A stretch of DNA of 64,000 nt, taken from contig OZ038379.1 of NCBI GenBank assembly GCA_964036045.1, positions 76,012,001 to 76,076,000 of the forward strand. The letters run 5' to 3'. The notes beneath the pieces were generated by a model. The model was not told where the DNA came from. It saw only the letters and a list, made by a program, of their open reading frames with translations, and did no database searches. Numbering within the stretch: the stretch's first letter is position 1; every line of letters starts with the position of its first letter. The position numbers were made by a program, and so were the translations under genes. Below are positions 35,501 through 49,222 of this stretch, piece by piece. This stretch comes from Eutreptiella sp. 'Long Island Sound 2002' (lineage: Eukaryota; Protista; Euglenida).

Positions 35501-37599
35501 GCTTTCTACCGCCCAGCACTAGCAACGCCAGCAACACTCTCCACGTGCATTTGGGACCCACCAAGGCTTATGGGGACCAGTACCGGGATGCCAATGGACT
35601 GGCTCCGGGAGAGGCAGGGTTCACACCTCCAGCGATTGACCCTGACACGCCGCAGCGGGAGATGGAGGCGGGGGCATATGACGGAAACTACATGGATGTC
35701 AACGGGCGCATGGCGGGAGATCCAGGTTTCATCCCCCCAATTCAGGGGGTCACGGATCCCAGCAAGCGGGCATTCAAGGAGGCGGGGCTGGCACTTGGTT
35801 ACGACGAGGACTACCGTGATCCCCATGGCCTGCGCCCTGGTGACAGGGGTTTTGTACCCCCCGTCTACGGCGCAGGGTACACGGATGAGCAGGGTCGAAG
35901 CCCAGGCGATACAGGCTTCCAGTCCCCGAAGGGGGGCAAGAAGCAGCTCCTGCAGTTTGGCGAGTATGACAGTGCTTACCGCGACGCCTGGGGCCGGCGG
36001 CCAGGACAGCCAGGGTTTGTGCCGCCGCTGCTGGCGCGGGAGGGCAGGAGCCCAGCAGAGATGGAGCGGGAGCTGCCGCAGGGTTTTGACGAGTTCTACC
36101 GGGACGTTAACGGGCGGAGGGTCAACGAGAACCTCTTCATCTCCCCTGCAGAGCTTGAGACCCTCCTCAAAAACCCGCGGACAGGGCTCATCCACAGCAT
36201 CACAGCTTCCTCCACAGCATCGGAGCCTTCAGAGACTGACACCGACATGCACTCCTCAATCCGCAAGTCGTCCACCGGCAGCGGCAGTGCCGGCCCCTGG
36301 GCTCCAGTCGCGATTCACAGCGTGTATCGGATGGGGTACGACCAAAACTACCGTGACCCTGACGGGCTGGCGCCAGGCGACCAAGACTTCGTTCCCCCTG
36401 AGATCGACCCTGATTTCCCCCCGCAGCCCATGATGGCTGGCACATACAACCAGTGGTATGTGGACGAGCATGGGAACCGGCCTGGGGACTTTGGATTTGT
36501 GCCGCCCTTGCGTAGCATTGAGGACCCAGAGGTGATCGCGCGGAAGGAGGGGGGCCTCGTGCAGGGCTACGACGAGGATTACCGAGACCCCTATGGGAAT
36601 GCCCCTGGTGAACCCAATTTCGTGCCCCCGGTATACCGGCAAGACTACCAGGATTCTGTCGGGAACTCGCCCGGTGATGAGGGGTTCTTGTCGCCGGCCT
36701 CCAGCACTGAGCAGGAGTTTGGGTTTGGAGAGTACGATGACGCGTACCGGGACAAGCACGGCCGACGGCCTGGGGATCGCGGCTTTATCCCCCCGCTCCA
36801 GGCAAAGGTTGGCAAGACTGCGGCAGACATGGAGCGCGACCTGCCAGACGGGTATGATGGGCACTACCAGGACCAGCAGGGGCGGCGGCTCGGGGAGGAG
36901 GGGTTCATGCCGCCGTGTAGCAAGCCCCTCATCATGAAGGACCCAGACACTGGCATGGTCTACTTTGTGTCAGAGGCCAAACCTCAGAATGTGCCTGTGT
37001 ACGGTCAGGACTACATCGACCCCCAGGGGCGACGGGTTGGGGACGAGGGCTTCCTGTCACCCGCGGGGAGGGCACTCCCCGAAGGCGCTTACGACGATCA
37101 ATACCGGGATGCCAATGGGCGCCGGCCTGGGCAGACCGGCTTCATCCCGCCGGCAGCAGCGGCCCAGGGGAAGACCGCGACGCTGATGGCCATGGAGCTG
37201 CCGGAGGGGTATGATGAGAACTACCGCGATGCCATGGGCCGGCGGATCGGTGAAGAGGGCTTCATGCCGCCGTTGATGGACCGGCGGCAGACTCTTGAAA
37301 GCAGCATCATTAGCAACATCATCGGCACTGGATACGACATGAACTACAGAGACCCCCAGGGCAAAGCCCCTGGCGATTTTGGTTTCACTCCTCCGCAGGC
37401 GGCGGAGCCCATGGCACCAGGGACGTACGACTCCAACTACGTGGACCCCAATGGTCACCGGCCGGGCGATTTCGGGTTCATCCCGCCGCTGGGCGGTGCT
37501 TTAGGGGTGCCTCTGGTGCAAGGGTATGATGCAGATTACCGTGATGCCAATAACCGAGGGCCGGGGGAGGAGGGGTTCATCCCCCCAACGTACACACAG
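32563..37599 (+). CDS. Giant gene exon 6 (1,679 codons): tandem 22-aa G-Y-D-x-x-Y-x-D-x-x-G-x-x-P-G-[DE]-x-G-F-x-P-P repeats
   Basis: Acceptor TTCAG|GTG inside ORF 32482..37806. I count 44 complete motif copies. Donor CAG|GTATGC at 37600 falls inside copy 45, after PPTYTQ. Confidence 0.92.
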
Positions 37600-38475
37600 G
37601 TATGCCATGAGTGCCAGGCAGCATGGGTACTGTACATTTGCTGTGCACAGCTGCTGCTGCATTGTTTCTCTCTTGTCTTGCTTCCCTTTTCTTGTGTCTC
37701 TATCTGTTCTGTCCATCCTAATTGCGAATGGATGTTAGATGGGGAGGCGCAAGACACTGCACCTGGCCCTAACCTGGAGGCCTCTTGGGGTTATGGAGCT
37801 GTATGACTTTTCTCCACCATGGGGCCCCCTAGAAGGCAGGGGTTATGCAGCCATTTTGATGCCTCCCAGCCTTCCCGCTCTGGGGACTGCTTGCTGGGGT
37901 GCCTTTGCTGGTTCAGTTGTGCATCTGCTGGAAAACCCTACTATTTTCATTTGTGGTAAATGAATGTGGTATATGTATGTGGTATGTGGTATGAATATGG
38001 CAAATGGGAAATGATGATTTTCCCCATTTGTGTATATTCAAAAGCTCAGAATGAAACGGGGAATTGATAAATACCGCAAAAGCAGAAATGTTATTTTTGA
38101 CCCTGCCCCCTCTCTGGACCCTGTGACCACACCTCAAGGGGTCAATTTCAGGGATGCTTCTCTTTGCACAATTTAGTGCCAAATCACCCCAAAGAGGTTT
38201 TGGCATACCCCACGTTATGATATCAGATGTCTCATCCCCTGTAAAATCAACATTTTGGGACACAGAATCATCCCCCAAAGAAGTTTGGCATTTTGACCCC
38301 TCCACCCCCGCCTACCTAGGTGCTACTTTTTAGCTGGGATGCGGGGGGGGGGGGCGTGGGCCAAAACTTGGTTGGTGTATAGCCCCCACTGTGTGTCGTT
38401 GCTCAGGTCCCATTCCCTTTTTCTCATATGTATGGACCCCTGAACCAAGGACAGGGTCCCAGGTGCCATCTCCAA

Positions 38476-39005
38476 TCACCTCGCAGAGGTTCTTAGATCA
38501 AAGCCAGGCATGCCTATCATAGGGGAAAACGCCACATACCCCCCATTTTGGGCCTTTTTGGGCCTATTCGCGTACCCTACCCCAAGGGGTTGAATTGTTA
38601 ATTTAACCCCTTGTAAAATCATTATTTTGTCCAATAAACGCATCCCCCAATGAGTTTTTGGTCCGGAGCCCCCCAGACCCCCCCCCACTTGAAACCCACT
38701 TTTTTGAGGTTTTAAGGGAGGGGGGTGGGGTGGGGGGGGAGGGGGGGGGTCAAAACACGATCCCCCCTTTTTTTTGGGTTGAGAATCATGAATCTTTTGT
38801 TTTTTTTCGATTTTGAGCCGGAAAAGTGTTTCTGGGTCCCGACTCCATGGGGTTTGTATGGTGCGGAGTGGGACGAGCGCCTATGCAGTTTATGCACTTT
38901 TCAGCCATTTTTGCTATGTTGGCGGTTTTGGCGACCTCGGTGACCCCGTGGTACCCAGTCTTGAGGGGTGTGAGTGGGGATGTTGTGAAAGTATATGCCC
39001 ACTAG
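38476..39005 (+). repeat. Repeat R1, plus copy
   Basis: Begins TCACCTCGCAGAGG and ends TATATGCCCACTAGG; very similar to 49223-49755. Confidence 0.85.
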
Positions 39006-42000
39006 GATAGGGGAACAGGTCACCGCCACATCCTACCACGCCCACACGGAATGGCTGTTGGGACCGTGGAGGGATGGCTGCATGGGGCTTCGCCGGTCCG
39101 ACCACTGTTGGCAGGTGGTTGTGGCCGAAGAGTGGGCACGCCAGGGGGCGTGGGCAAAGGACCACTTCCGGTGGGCCTACCAAGCCGATGTGGCGGAGCG
39201 CCATGCCCACCATGGCGGGTGCCCTGTGGTGATTGCCCCGGGCGTGCGCACCCGGCATTGTCACGGCCCCCACCTACTATGAGGGCTGTAGCTGGCGATG
39301 CACCACATGGGCATGCCCATGTCGCTCCCAGGGCAATGGCAGGGGACGTCCCCCATCATCGCACTCGCCCTGACCCCCCCCCCCCCCCAAGCGGGGGCCG
39401 GCCTAGCGCCGACCGCCCTAGTAGCCCCCCCCGGGGGTTATAACGTACAACACGGCATATGCTGCAATTACCCTCATCCACGTACCACCGGCTTTCTTGA
39501 TTGCACCCCTAGAGCTAGGGTACACCTTGGGGACTTCTACACCGGGGAGGGCAAGCTACGCAGCGCCAACGACCTGCGAGTGCGGTTGCCCCAGGGGAAC
39601 ACGATCTGGACGTGGCTCCGGCAGCCCTATGCCGTGTTGCGGCCCCTGGTGGGGGCCTTGGCCCCCCAACGGCAGCAAGCCCCCAAGACGTGGGCGCCAG
39701 GCCCGATACGGCGGGCCACCACTACGGCAGTCATCAGTAGGCCGTAGGCCAAAACCATCCAAGAACGGGTGGTGTACCAGTGCGGCAGAGCCATACAAGT
39801 CAACATGGCCATGGAGGACATCATTGCTATCATGGGATGGTCCGTGGTGTTGCGAGCGGGTGGCTCCTGCACATAGCGGGGCAATGCCACAGCCGGCGTT
39901 CCAAGAAGGCCCAGGGGAAGCAAGCGGCAGCGGCACCGTGCGCTCCCTCCCTGCCCACCAGTCCCCGTGCGTGTGGACTGGCACCGGCACGGGCCAGCGG
40001 AGCCAGGAACATCAAGACAGGTGCCTCTGCCGATCGGGGCATCTACTTGCCCACCCCTTCGCCTCCTCGCAGCCCTACTGGGCGCAGGAGGACATTAAAA
40101 CAGCCCGGAGCAACATCACTCTATGGGGAGTGGGAGGCGTCACGGAGGAGTCCGCTCCCCCGCCCCCCCCAGCAGGCCGGCCCCGGTCGCTCGACCTATG
40201 CCTCAGTGACGCGGTCCGCTGCGCGGGGCTCCCGGCCAGGCGCGGTGCGGGTGGTGGCGGCCACCGGCCGCACCAAGGCGACGTTCCCGCCGGTGTAGCC
40301 CTCTGGGCCCTGCTCCCTTCGACGACGGCGGTGCAGCCGCTCCGCCTCTACCAAGGCGAGTCCCGGGACACGATCCGGGAGTTGGGCGTCGCCCACATCA
40401 CGCCGCGGAGACACCCGGAAGCAGCCCTCCCAAGAGGGGGCTCTATGGTGCGTGGCCTTGGTGGGCTGCACGGTCCACGAGGCCCACCTGGCGGCTGCGG
40501 CCGCCCTCACGGCCCATGACAACGACCAGCGGGTCACGGCGCTGGCCCACGTCCAGGGGGGCAGCAAGGCGGCCCCCTTGGTGGCGGCCCTGCTGCATGC
40601 TCTCCGCCGGTCAAAGACCAGCCTGGCTGTACCGGGCACGGCCCTGCAGGGCGTGGTGTGGACCGAGCGCCAGCCCTGGGAGACGGCCGACCTGGAGGTG
40701 GTGGAGCCCGCGCCGCCGGGGCATATCCTGCAGCTCGTCCGGGAGCGCCTCCCGGAAGATGACGAGCGGGAGGCGGCGGAGCTCCCGGACATAGATCCAG
40801 TGCCGCCGGACCCCCTGCCGTCCACAGTGTGGGTCGTCTACGTTCTAGACCTGGCGGTCCTGGCAGATGTCGACATACGCCGGCTCCACGTGGGGTCCTT
40901 TGGCAAGGACCACGCTTGGCGGCACCTCAAGCCGCTCATGGGGGTGGCCCTGCCCCACCCCCCGCCCATGCAGGCAGCGGTCAAGGGATCGAAGGTCGAG
41001 GTCTCGGCGGGTCTCCCATCGTTGGTGGCCCCACTAGTGATGCGCGCCAGTGGCAAGGACCGGGGAGTCCACTTCCGGCTGTGGATAGTTGCGGGCGCTG
41101 CCTGCCAGCATCCCGCGTTCATGTTGTGGTACAAGCAGCCGCCGGAGCGCCGCGGGCCCTCCCCAGAGGTCTGGAAGACCCTCGCCGAGGACCAGGAGCT
41201 CCATTCGATGTTCGCGGGACTAGTTGACGGGGGTGCCCCCGGCAACGTGGGAGTCCGCATCTGGGGGGCCAAGCCGGCGGACCTCAAAGTGGTGGCGCAC
41301 ATCTCTGGACTGCAGGGCGCTCCGGCCCCGGCGCCGACCACTCTGTACGGGTCTGGGGCTACCCGGCGCAGCTGGGCGTGGCGGTGGACGAGTGTGCGTA
41401 GCTTCGGTGCTACGCCCAGGAGGTATTTGGGCTGGAAGTGCCCATCCACGTCCACCGCTGCACCCGGTTGGCCCACAACACCCTGACCGGCCGGTCTTTG
41501 ACCTTGAGCTTGAGGGGATGCATCAGGATTGGCAGGGTGCCCGGCTGGGCGCGCCCGACACCCGCCTCCCTTACCGTCTCTAGGAGCGGACCACGCGAAG
41601 CTCCCGCCAGGGGCGCTACCAGCCCGTGGGCCTCAGGGCCCGGATGACGCACCCGGAGGGATCCGGGGAGGGCCAGCAGCAGTCGGAGACGGCCCGGGAG
41701 GTCCCGGACCACACTGGGGATCTGGCCATGGCCAATGCGGAGTCGGCCGTGGTGGACGTCGACGAGGAAGACCAAGACATTCTTTAATGATCTTAGCCCT
41801 ACTCCTCCTGACCCTCTGCCTGCATGCGGTGGCCTGCCCACAGTGGCTGACCAGCGCCTGGGTGGTAACCTGTGGCGGGGGGCGGCAACGCGACCGCGCT
41901 CGCTGGCGCCTTACCGGACACGCCAAGTGCCGGTGACGGTGGGAGCGGCATCGGTACCAGCCCCGGCAACCCCCCCCCCCCCCCCCGGGGGGGGAGGCCC

Positions 42001-42460
42001 CAGGGACCGTACCCCCAGCCTGGCAGGAGGGTGTCTATACGCCCACAGCCCACGAGCGCGCGCCAGGACGAGGTGATGGCCCTTGGTCCCCTTCGGGGGA
42101 GGGAACCAGCCCGGGCGGTGGCAAGAGGCCCCACGCTATAGTGGGGGGGTGGCAGCATGGCAGAGGGCACAGCCGCCGCGGCACTGCGGTCGCACCGGGA
42201 GTGACTGGGACGGCGGGCAGCAACCCCCCCCCCCCCCCCCCCACTGGGGAGCGGAGGTGCCTGAGGGGCTCACAGGAAACGTGCACCGCCTAACCTCGGA
42301 GCACGGGGGGCAGGGGACGTAGCAGCTAAAGGCGGCGGCGAGCCTGCGCCCAAGCCTACGGACCCCGGCGCCCAACCCGACAGAGGCGCTGGCCCTGGGG
42401 CGGACGAGCAGCGGTTGCCGCCCAGCCGGGGGGCCATGGGGGGGAAGTGGACACGGGCCG
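39006..42460 (+). mobile_element. Decayed 3' half of a non-LTR retrotransposon with an RNase H-like relic; its terminal part is duplicated at about 43180-43790
   Basis: High-GC broken ORFs 39298..39747 and 40452..41486. FAGLVDGGAPGNVGVRIWG...HISGLQGAP resembles the RNase H DG..GN.G motif. 41990-42300 is directly homologous to 43370-43700. Confidence 0.5.
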
Positions 42461-42714
42461 AGGGCGGCAGCCACGGGGGGTGCTCCTGGTTAGGACCCGA
42501 CCCCAAAGCGGGGGGGGGGGGGGACCCCCCCCTCTACGGACCCCAAAATTGTCGCACGGAACAAGGGACTTTGTCGGCGCCGGAGGCGCCGGAGATTTTG
42601 TTTTAGGCATACGGCAGGGGGAATTTTTCTTGTTCCACCCTATGTGTCTATACTCAAAATACTCAGAATTTTGTGGAGAATTCAAAAATGGCTGAAAAGC
42701 ACAAAAAAGGTTAT

Positions 42715-42986
42715 GTAGCCACCTTGCCCACTTTGTGGACCACTTCTGATTTTGTCCCCCGCTCTGCACCGGTGGGGCTCCCCGATACGGCAGGGGTGAG
42801 GTAGCCAATTTGCCCACTTTGTGGGCCACTTCTGATTTAGTCCCCCGCTCTGCAGCGGTGGGGCTCCCCGATACGGCAGGGGTGAGGTAGCCAATTTGCC
42901 CACTTTGTGGGTCACTTCTGATTTTGCCCCCTGCTCTGCAGCGGTGGGGCTCCCCGATACGGCAGGGGTGAGGTAGCCAATTTGCC
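42715..42986. repeat. 86-bp minisatellite, about 3.2 copies
   Basis: GTAGCCAATTTGCC recurs at 42801, 42887 and 42973, with a variant at 42715. Confidence 0.92.
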
Positions 42987-43799
42987 GCGAAACAATGACC
43001 ATTCACAGTGCATCTTGTTAGCTTTGTGTGTTTGCGCGCTTGGACGGGGCCTGCCGGAAAAGGTGCTGGGTTTGGGTCAACCAAGGGGGGGGGAGGCCCC
43101 CCCCCCCTTCGGAGGGGGGTGGCCCCCCCCCCCCCCCACAGCCCCCCAAACTGTCGAACACCCCTCGGGGTCACACATTGGCTGGCGGTCGCCCCCGTGG
43201 CGGCAGCGGGCCCGAACCCACACCCGCACGTGCCAGCACCCCAACTGACGGAGGCGCCAGCCACAGCACCCCGGACCGACCCCCCCCTCCCCCTTGACTC
43301 CAACCTGGTTGCGCTCAGGGTTGACGCTGGTGGTGGAGGCGACAGCCTTAGCACAGGTGGGTTCCCCCTCGGGATTGGCCCGGAGCCCGGACCCTCCAAG
43401 CGGCAGGAGGGTGTTTATACGGCCATAGCCCACGAGGGTGCCCCGCGATGAGGTGATGGCACTTGGGCCCTCTTGGCGGGTGGGCTTCGCCCTGGCGGTG
43501 GCACGGGGCCCCACTCTGGCGTGGGGCGGTCGCCGGATGGCATGGGACCAAGCCGCCGCGGCGCCGCGGCTGTCCCTCGCGCTAGGCGCAGCCGGGGCCG
43601 TGTCAGGGGACATAGCCCCCCTCCCCCCCCCCCTCCGCCAAAACGGACGGTGACCACAGGCCAAGCCTACAGGGCACGCCGGCTCACTGGGGAATGGCTG
43701 GGATTGGCCCCACGGCGGCACGAGCCCCCCCCCCCCCCCCGAACACAGCCCCGGCCCTCCTGCGACCTGCCCTAGCCCCCCTGACGCTTGCAGCTAGCT

Positions 43800-46700
43800 T
43801 TTTTTGCCTATGGCACATGGACCGAGGGGATGTGGACAAGGACGAGGCCGGGGGCGAGGGCGAGGGCACGCGGCCCGAGCCCCCCCCCCCCCCCGCCCCC
43901 CCCCAACCTGGCACCAGTGGGGGCACCATGGCCTTGCTCTGGTTCGCTGGTGGTACTGCCATGCAGCCTTGGTGTTTCCCGCCCCCCACGAGCAGCAGGG
44001 ATGGGCCAGCACTGTGTGTGCCCTGGCCCCCCTTGTGGGGCTACTCCCCGGGGTCCTGCCCCTCCATGACCTCTTGGCTGGGGCTTGGAACGGGTGGTGG
44101 TACACCGGCCACCAGCGCAGGGCAGCCGGGGCTGGGTGTCCGCCGTCCAACGCCCCGGCGGCCCCGAGTTCGGGACCAAGGGGGCCACTGTGGGCCAAAC
44201 CCTGCAGTGGAGGTACCCCCAGGTCCTCTACGCGCGCGCCCCCCGGCCGGACCCCCGCCCCTACACATCGTGCTGGTACCTGGCGCCCATGTGGCGGGAG
44301 GAGAGGGGCCACCCGCCGTGGCGGCCGACCCGGCACGGCCGGGTGGAGCGCTAGGACGACCCCCCCGCCTGCTGGTTCCTCTGCCCGCTCCGCTGCCTCA
44401 CCCTCTTCAAGGGGGAGATGGCCGTCGGCAGGCCCCACACCGTGGGGGTGGACTTGTGGGGCTGGGTGTGGGACAACGACCCCCCCCCCCCCTACCCTGG
44501 GCCTGAGGCGACGTGGTGGGACGTGGCCTACGCAGTCCATGCCCTCCTCCACGTGGTCACCGACGTGTGGTGGGCTGCCCCGCCGGAGCCAGGGGAGATC
44601 CACACCCCGGCCCGGTGGCCCGACGTCCTCCGCCGTATTGCGCCGGGCCCGACCGGGACCTACTGCATGAGCTCTTCTAGGAAGCTCTCCGCCTCGTTGG
44701 GAAAAGGGAGCAGGGCGGCCTCTCGCGTGCGCTGCCGCCCCCCCTGCCGCTTGCCACTGGCGGGCCACCGCCTCCCCCTAAGCCGCCCCCTCCACCACCC
44801 AGGAGGTGACCGGGCCCGACTGCCTGACCACGGTGCTGCGGGCATGGGGTCGGAGATTAACCTGCAGGCATGCCTTGCTGCCCCTCTGTCCCCATCTCCT
44901 GCGCCCTCTGACCGTTGGCGGTTGAGTGTATGGGTGGGGTGGGTGCTGCCCCTCCCCCCCCCCCTCCCCTGCCGGGCCACCGGAGCTCCACGCCCCCCCC
45001 CCCCAAAGCTGCTGGGTCTTCCCCCCCCTCCTGTTACTGCGTTGCGGGGACATAGAGCCTGGGGCCCATATGCATGGCGCAGGCCAATGTCACGTCCCTG
45101 CGTCTGCACTCGCACACGGTCGCCGACGGGGAGGCGGACGTAGTGCTAATCTCCGGGACCCGCCTCACATCGGTAGCGCAGCAAGTTATGCGCGCCCAAG
45201 CCGGGGCCTCGGGTTGGCAAGCATTCTAAGGGGCGGCCTTGGATTCCCGGGGGGGGGGACTTTCTGGGACCATGCCACACGTTACGTGGCGCGCCAAGGG
45301 ACGGCCCCCAACTGGTGGGGGGGGGACTTCAACTTTGACCTCGACTACCCGCTGCGGGCACCGCCGTCCGTCCTGGCGTCTGCCCTAGGGAGAGACCCCC
45401 TCTGCTCGTACCAAGGCCCGGAGGGCACCCGCCCCTCGCGCATTGACAGGCTGCTAGTGGACACGCAGCTGGCGACGCTACTCCATACGGCGGAGCGGCT
45501 GCCGCGTGGGGCCATTCCAGGACACGCCCCGGTACGCTTCAACCTCCACCTACGGGGGCTGTCACAGCGGGTGAATTTGTTCGTCCGCCCCAAGGTGGTC
45601 GCGCCGGCCCGCATTAGGAGCATGAACGGCTCCTCCTTGTGCAGCGCCTTTTGGACCCGCCGAAGGCCGGGTGGCGGGCGGCCCTATCCACCGGGGACGT
45701 GGATTGGGCCTGGGCTTTCTGGACCATGACCGCGGAGGAAACCCTCCTCGCCGTGGCCTGCCCGGACATCACCCCGGACTCCCTCCTGGCTGGGGCCACG
45801 CTCCCGCTGGCCCCCTCCCACCTCCTCCGCGGTAGGGGTGCCGACCAACTCCTCCGGAAAGTGCGCCTCTGCCCGAAGCAACGTCGGGACACCGGAGGTC
45901 CACTTTTCTGCCCTGTGGCGCGCATCCCGGCGGCTAGCGCGAGGCGCAGGTGCGTTGTCACGCGGGGTACAACAAGCATGGGCGGCTCTCCGACGTTGCC
46001 TCGACACTCCGCGCGGTGGGGCTATGCGGGCTTGGAGCTAGACGGCTCGCATAGCCCGCTGGCCCCGTTGGCGTCGCTCTGCCGCCTCCGCACGACACTA
46101 GCAGGCAAGGTCCGGGCCACGCTCCGGGCGGAGGACAAAGACCGCCTCCACAAGTGGCGCTCCCTGCTAGAGGAGGCTTGGTCCTCTGACCAGGGGTCAG
46201 TATACCGGTGGCTGAAGGATGAATCCTACGCCCCGCCAAGCCCAGAGATGGATGGCGATGGAGATGGATGGCCTCGTGCAGGACGCCTGGCGCCCAATAA
46301 ATCGCAAATATGCGACGGACCCACAGCCGGACCCAGCGGCCTTCCTCGGCCGACATGGGCACCATGTGCGGCGGGTCCCCATGATTGCCTCTCGGCTCGA
46401 CGGCCCCCGCTTACGCAAGGGGCTCTCCCGCATGAAGCCCTCAGCGCTGGGACTGGACGCGTGGAGCTTGGCCGACCTCCACTCCCTCCCTGACAGGCTG
46501 ATGGGCTGGCTGGCGGACCTCCTGCGCGAGGTGGAGCGCCTTGGCATGTGGCCGGCCCGCTTGGCGGAGGGCTACACGGCCCTCATCCCCAAGGAGGGCC
46601 CGCCGGGGCCCCTGAACACCCGCCCGCTCACGGTCCTGTCCATGGTCTACCGGCTGTGGGCGGGTGTGCGCCTTGTGGGCGCCATTGCGTGGCAGGAGTC

Positions 46701-48520
46701 CTGGGCCCACCCGGCGGTCTTTGGATTCCGCCCCGCCAGAAGCGCCCTAGACAGGGCGGCGGTGACGCATGTCCTCCTGGAGTTGTGTCGCCTCCGAGGA
46801 TGGGCTCTCTCGGGGATGAGCATCGACTACGTCAAATGTTTCGATCTCATCCCCCAGGCGAACGTGTTGGCCCTGGTGTTGGAGCTGGCCGTGCCCTCGG
46901 GGCCATGTACAAGCAGCTCTGCCGGGCCGTCAAGATCGCCGGGGCCCTCGGCCTATGGTGGCAGGCCACCAACGGCATCCTCCAGGGGTGCCCCCTGTCG
47001 GTGATCCTCGTGAATGTGCTCACCACGATCTGGAAGTGGGAGGTGGACTCTCTACGCTGGCAGGTGTGCGCACGGACAACCGCCCTCCCCCCTGTTGTGG
47101 ACGAGGATGCAGCGGACGATGTGGAACCGGGAGCCCCACTCCCCCTCAAGCATGCCGGCCCCGGCTACGGGGCGCTGGGGTCGTCGGGCTATGCCGATGA
47201 CACCCAGGCACTGGCCGTGGGCGCGGCCTCCCTCCAGAGGACCGTCCCCGCACCGGAGGAGTGGCTGCAGGTCACGGGACAGGACGTCCGCGTGGACAAT
47301 TGGTGCTCGTGGGTCCAGGGGGAACAAAGCGCCCCGGTGGTGCTGCTCCGGGGGGTCGCCATCCCGCTGGCGGCAACCTTCCGCAAGCTCGGCGTTGACA
47401 TCGCCATTGGGGGCTCCAGGATCACGGGGCCGGTTCTGTCCCGGCGCCTGGAGGCGGGGCGGAGCGCCCTGCGTCGCCTTCCCCACCTCTCGACCCAGGA
47501 CCGGCGACAGCGGGCCATCAGCACGCTGGTCACCCCGCTGGCGCTCCATGGGGTGGCGTAGCGTCGGTGACGGAGCCCCATCTGCGGGGGCTAAAGGCCG
47601 CGGTAGTGCGGGCCCTGTGGGGAGCTACGCGCGTGTCCCGGGCCAAGGAGGTGATCTTCACCGTCCTTTCCAAGGGGCACCGCGTCTCCCCGGTCATGCA
47701 CATGCGGTATGAGCGCCTCCTCTGGCTGGCCCGCGTGGCCCGGCAGCCGGGGGTCACCCAGGTCTTCGCCCATATCATCTGGGAATCGGGGGCCGCCCAC
47801 CCGGGACGGGCCCGGTGGGGCACGCGCTCCGCAGGGCGGCCACCCTGGGCTGGACCCCTCGAGAGGGCTGGTGGTGCTAGGACGTCCCAGGGCAAGAACA
47901 CCCCCTGCACTTGGTGCAGGAGCCGCTCCGCCAGCTCCAACACCGGGTCTGGGACAACCTTCGCTGCTACTCCTCGCGCTAGCTTGAGGCGCGGTGGACG
48001 TTAACCTTCGGTGGGCTGGGCAACGGGGCGGACGGCCCGGCCTACCGCGCGGCGCTGCGGGCGCCCTCCGCGGAGTTGGAGAAGTCGCTGCTGCGCGGCC
48101 TCATGGCGTGGGCCATGTGGACGGCGGCCCGTGTGTCGGGCCACGGCATGCAGACCAACTCTGCGTGCCCCCACTGCGGCGCGCCACCCGAGGACAAAGC
48201 CCACGTCATATGGGAATGCCCGGAGTGGGACGATGCCACGGGGATGTGGCGCCCCCGGCTAAGGGACGCGGCGGAGGCCATCCCCCACCTGGGACCGCCG
48301 GACCCATGGCCATCCTGCCTGCGGAAAGCGGGCCTCTTCCCCCTCCGACTAGCGCAGGGGGTGGACCGGGGCCTCCTCGACGAGTTCTTGTACCGCCTTT
48401 ACGGCATGTATACGGCGGTCCTCGCTGCCCGCATGGCAGCCAGCCACGGAGACCAGCCGGGCCACGGGGACTCCCTCTTCCCGGACCAGCCGCATCCGCG
48501 GCCCCGCAACACCTACGGGG
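43800..48520 (+). mobile_element. Decayed APE-type non-LTR retrotransposon (2A-like motif, partial endonuclease, RT, Zn knuckle)
   Basis: APE remnants GGDFN, PSRIDRLLVD and PGHAPV (ORF 44926..45729). RT motifs RPLTVLSMVYRLW, FGFRP, SIDYVKCFD, GILQGCPLS, GYADD and FRKLGV (ORFs 46219..47004, 46548..47561). CPHCGAPPEDKAHVIWEC (48076..48618). Several frameshifts. Confidence 0.92.
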
Positions 48521-49222
48521 TTGCAGATCCTTTCTCGCCCCCGCGTGCAAGGAGGGACGACGGCCCAAGGCCGGTCCCCGCGCCCGCCTCCACGGGGACC
48601 ACGGGTGCACTTTTTTGATATTGTGATCACCTAACATGACTATCCAAGATACGTGAAGCATGTTTTAGCCCGTATTTATGTCGTTTTTCCCCTATTTTGT
48701 GTGTGCGTTGCTTGGGGTAGATTCTGTGCGAGGTGGAGTTGCCGGAGGCAATAGAATCACCTCGCAGAAGTTGTTAGATCAAAGTCACGTAGGCCTATCA
48801 TAGAGGAAAACGCCACATATCCCCCATTTTGGGCGTTTTTGGGCCTATTGCACACCCTACCCTAAGGGGTTGAATTGTTAGTGATTAGGGATTGGTAGAC
48901 AACCTGCTTATGCAGTTTATCACCGTGGCCAGCTCAAAAATCGAAGTTTTTGAAACTTATTTTTTTTTGATACCGTGATCACCTAAAATGACCATCCAAG
49001 ATATGTAAAGCATGTTTCAGGCCATATTTACGTGTTTTTCACCCTATTTTGTGTGTGTGTTGCTTGGCGTAGATTCTCTGCGAGGTGGACTTGCCGAAGG
49101 CAATAGAATTTTTTTGTTGCCGCTCATTGTGTTGTTGTGTGGGTGACTGTGTTGTGGGGCACTGCAACTGGTATCCCTTGCACTCATGGCAAGACATTTT
49201 GCTCACTTTCATTGAAATGGAG

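Noticed and set aside
37600-37806. C-terminal hydrophobic tail of the 1774-aa ORF (apparent membrane anchor)
   Set aside because: Intron read-through past the CAG|GTATGC donor; the repeat resumes in register at 61261.
42356-44768. Many long Gly/Pro/Arg-rich ORFs on both strands (also 50881-51956)
   Set aside because: Expected in very GC-rich decayed retroelement DNA; no recognisable domains.
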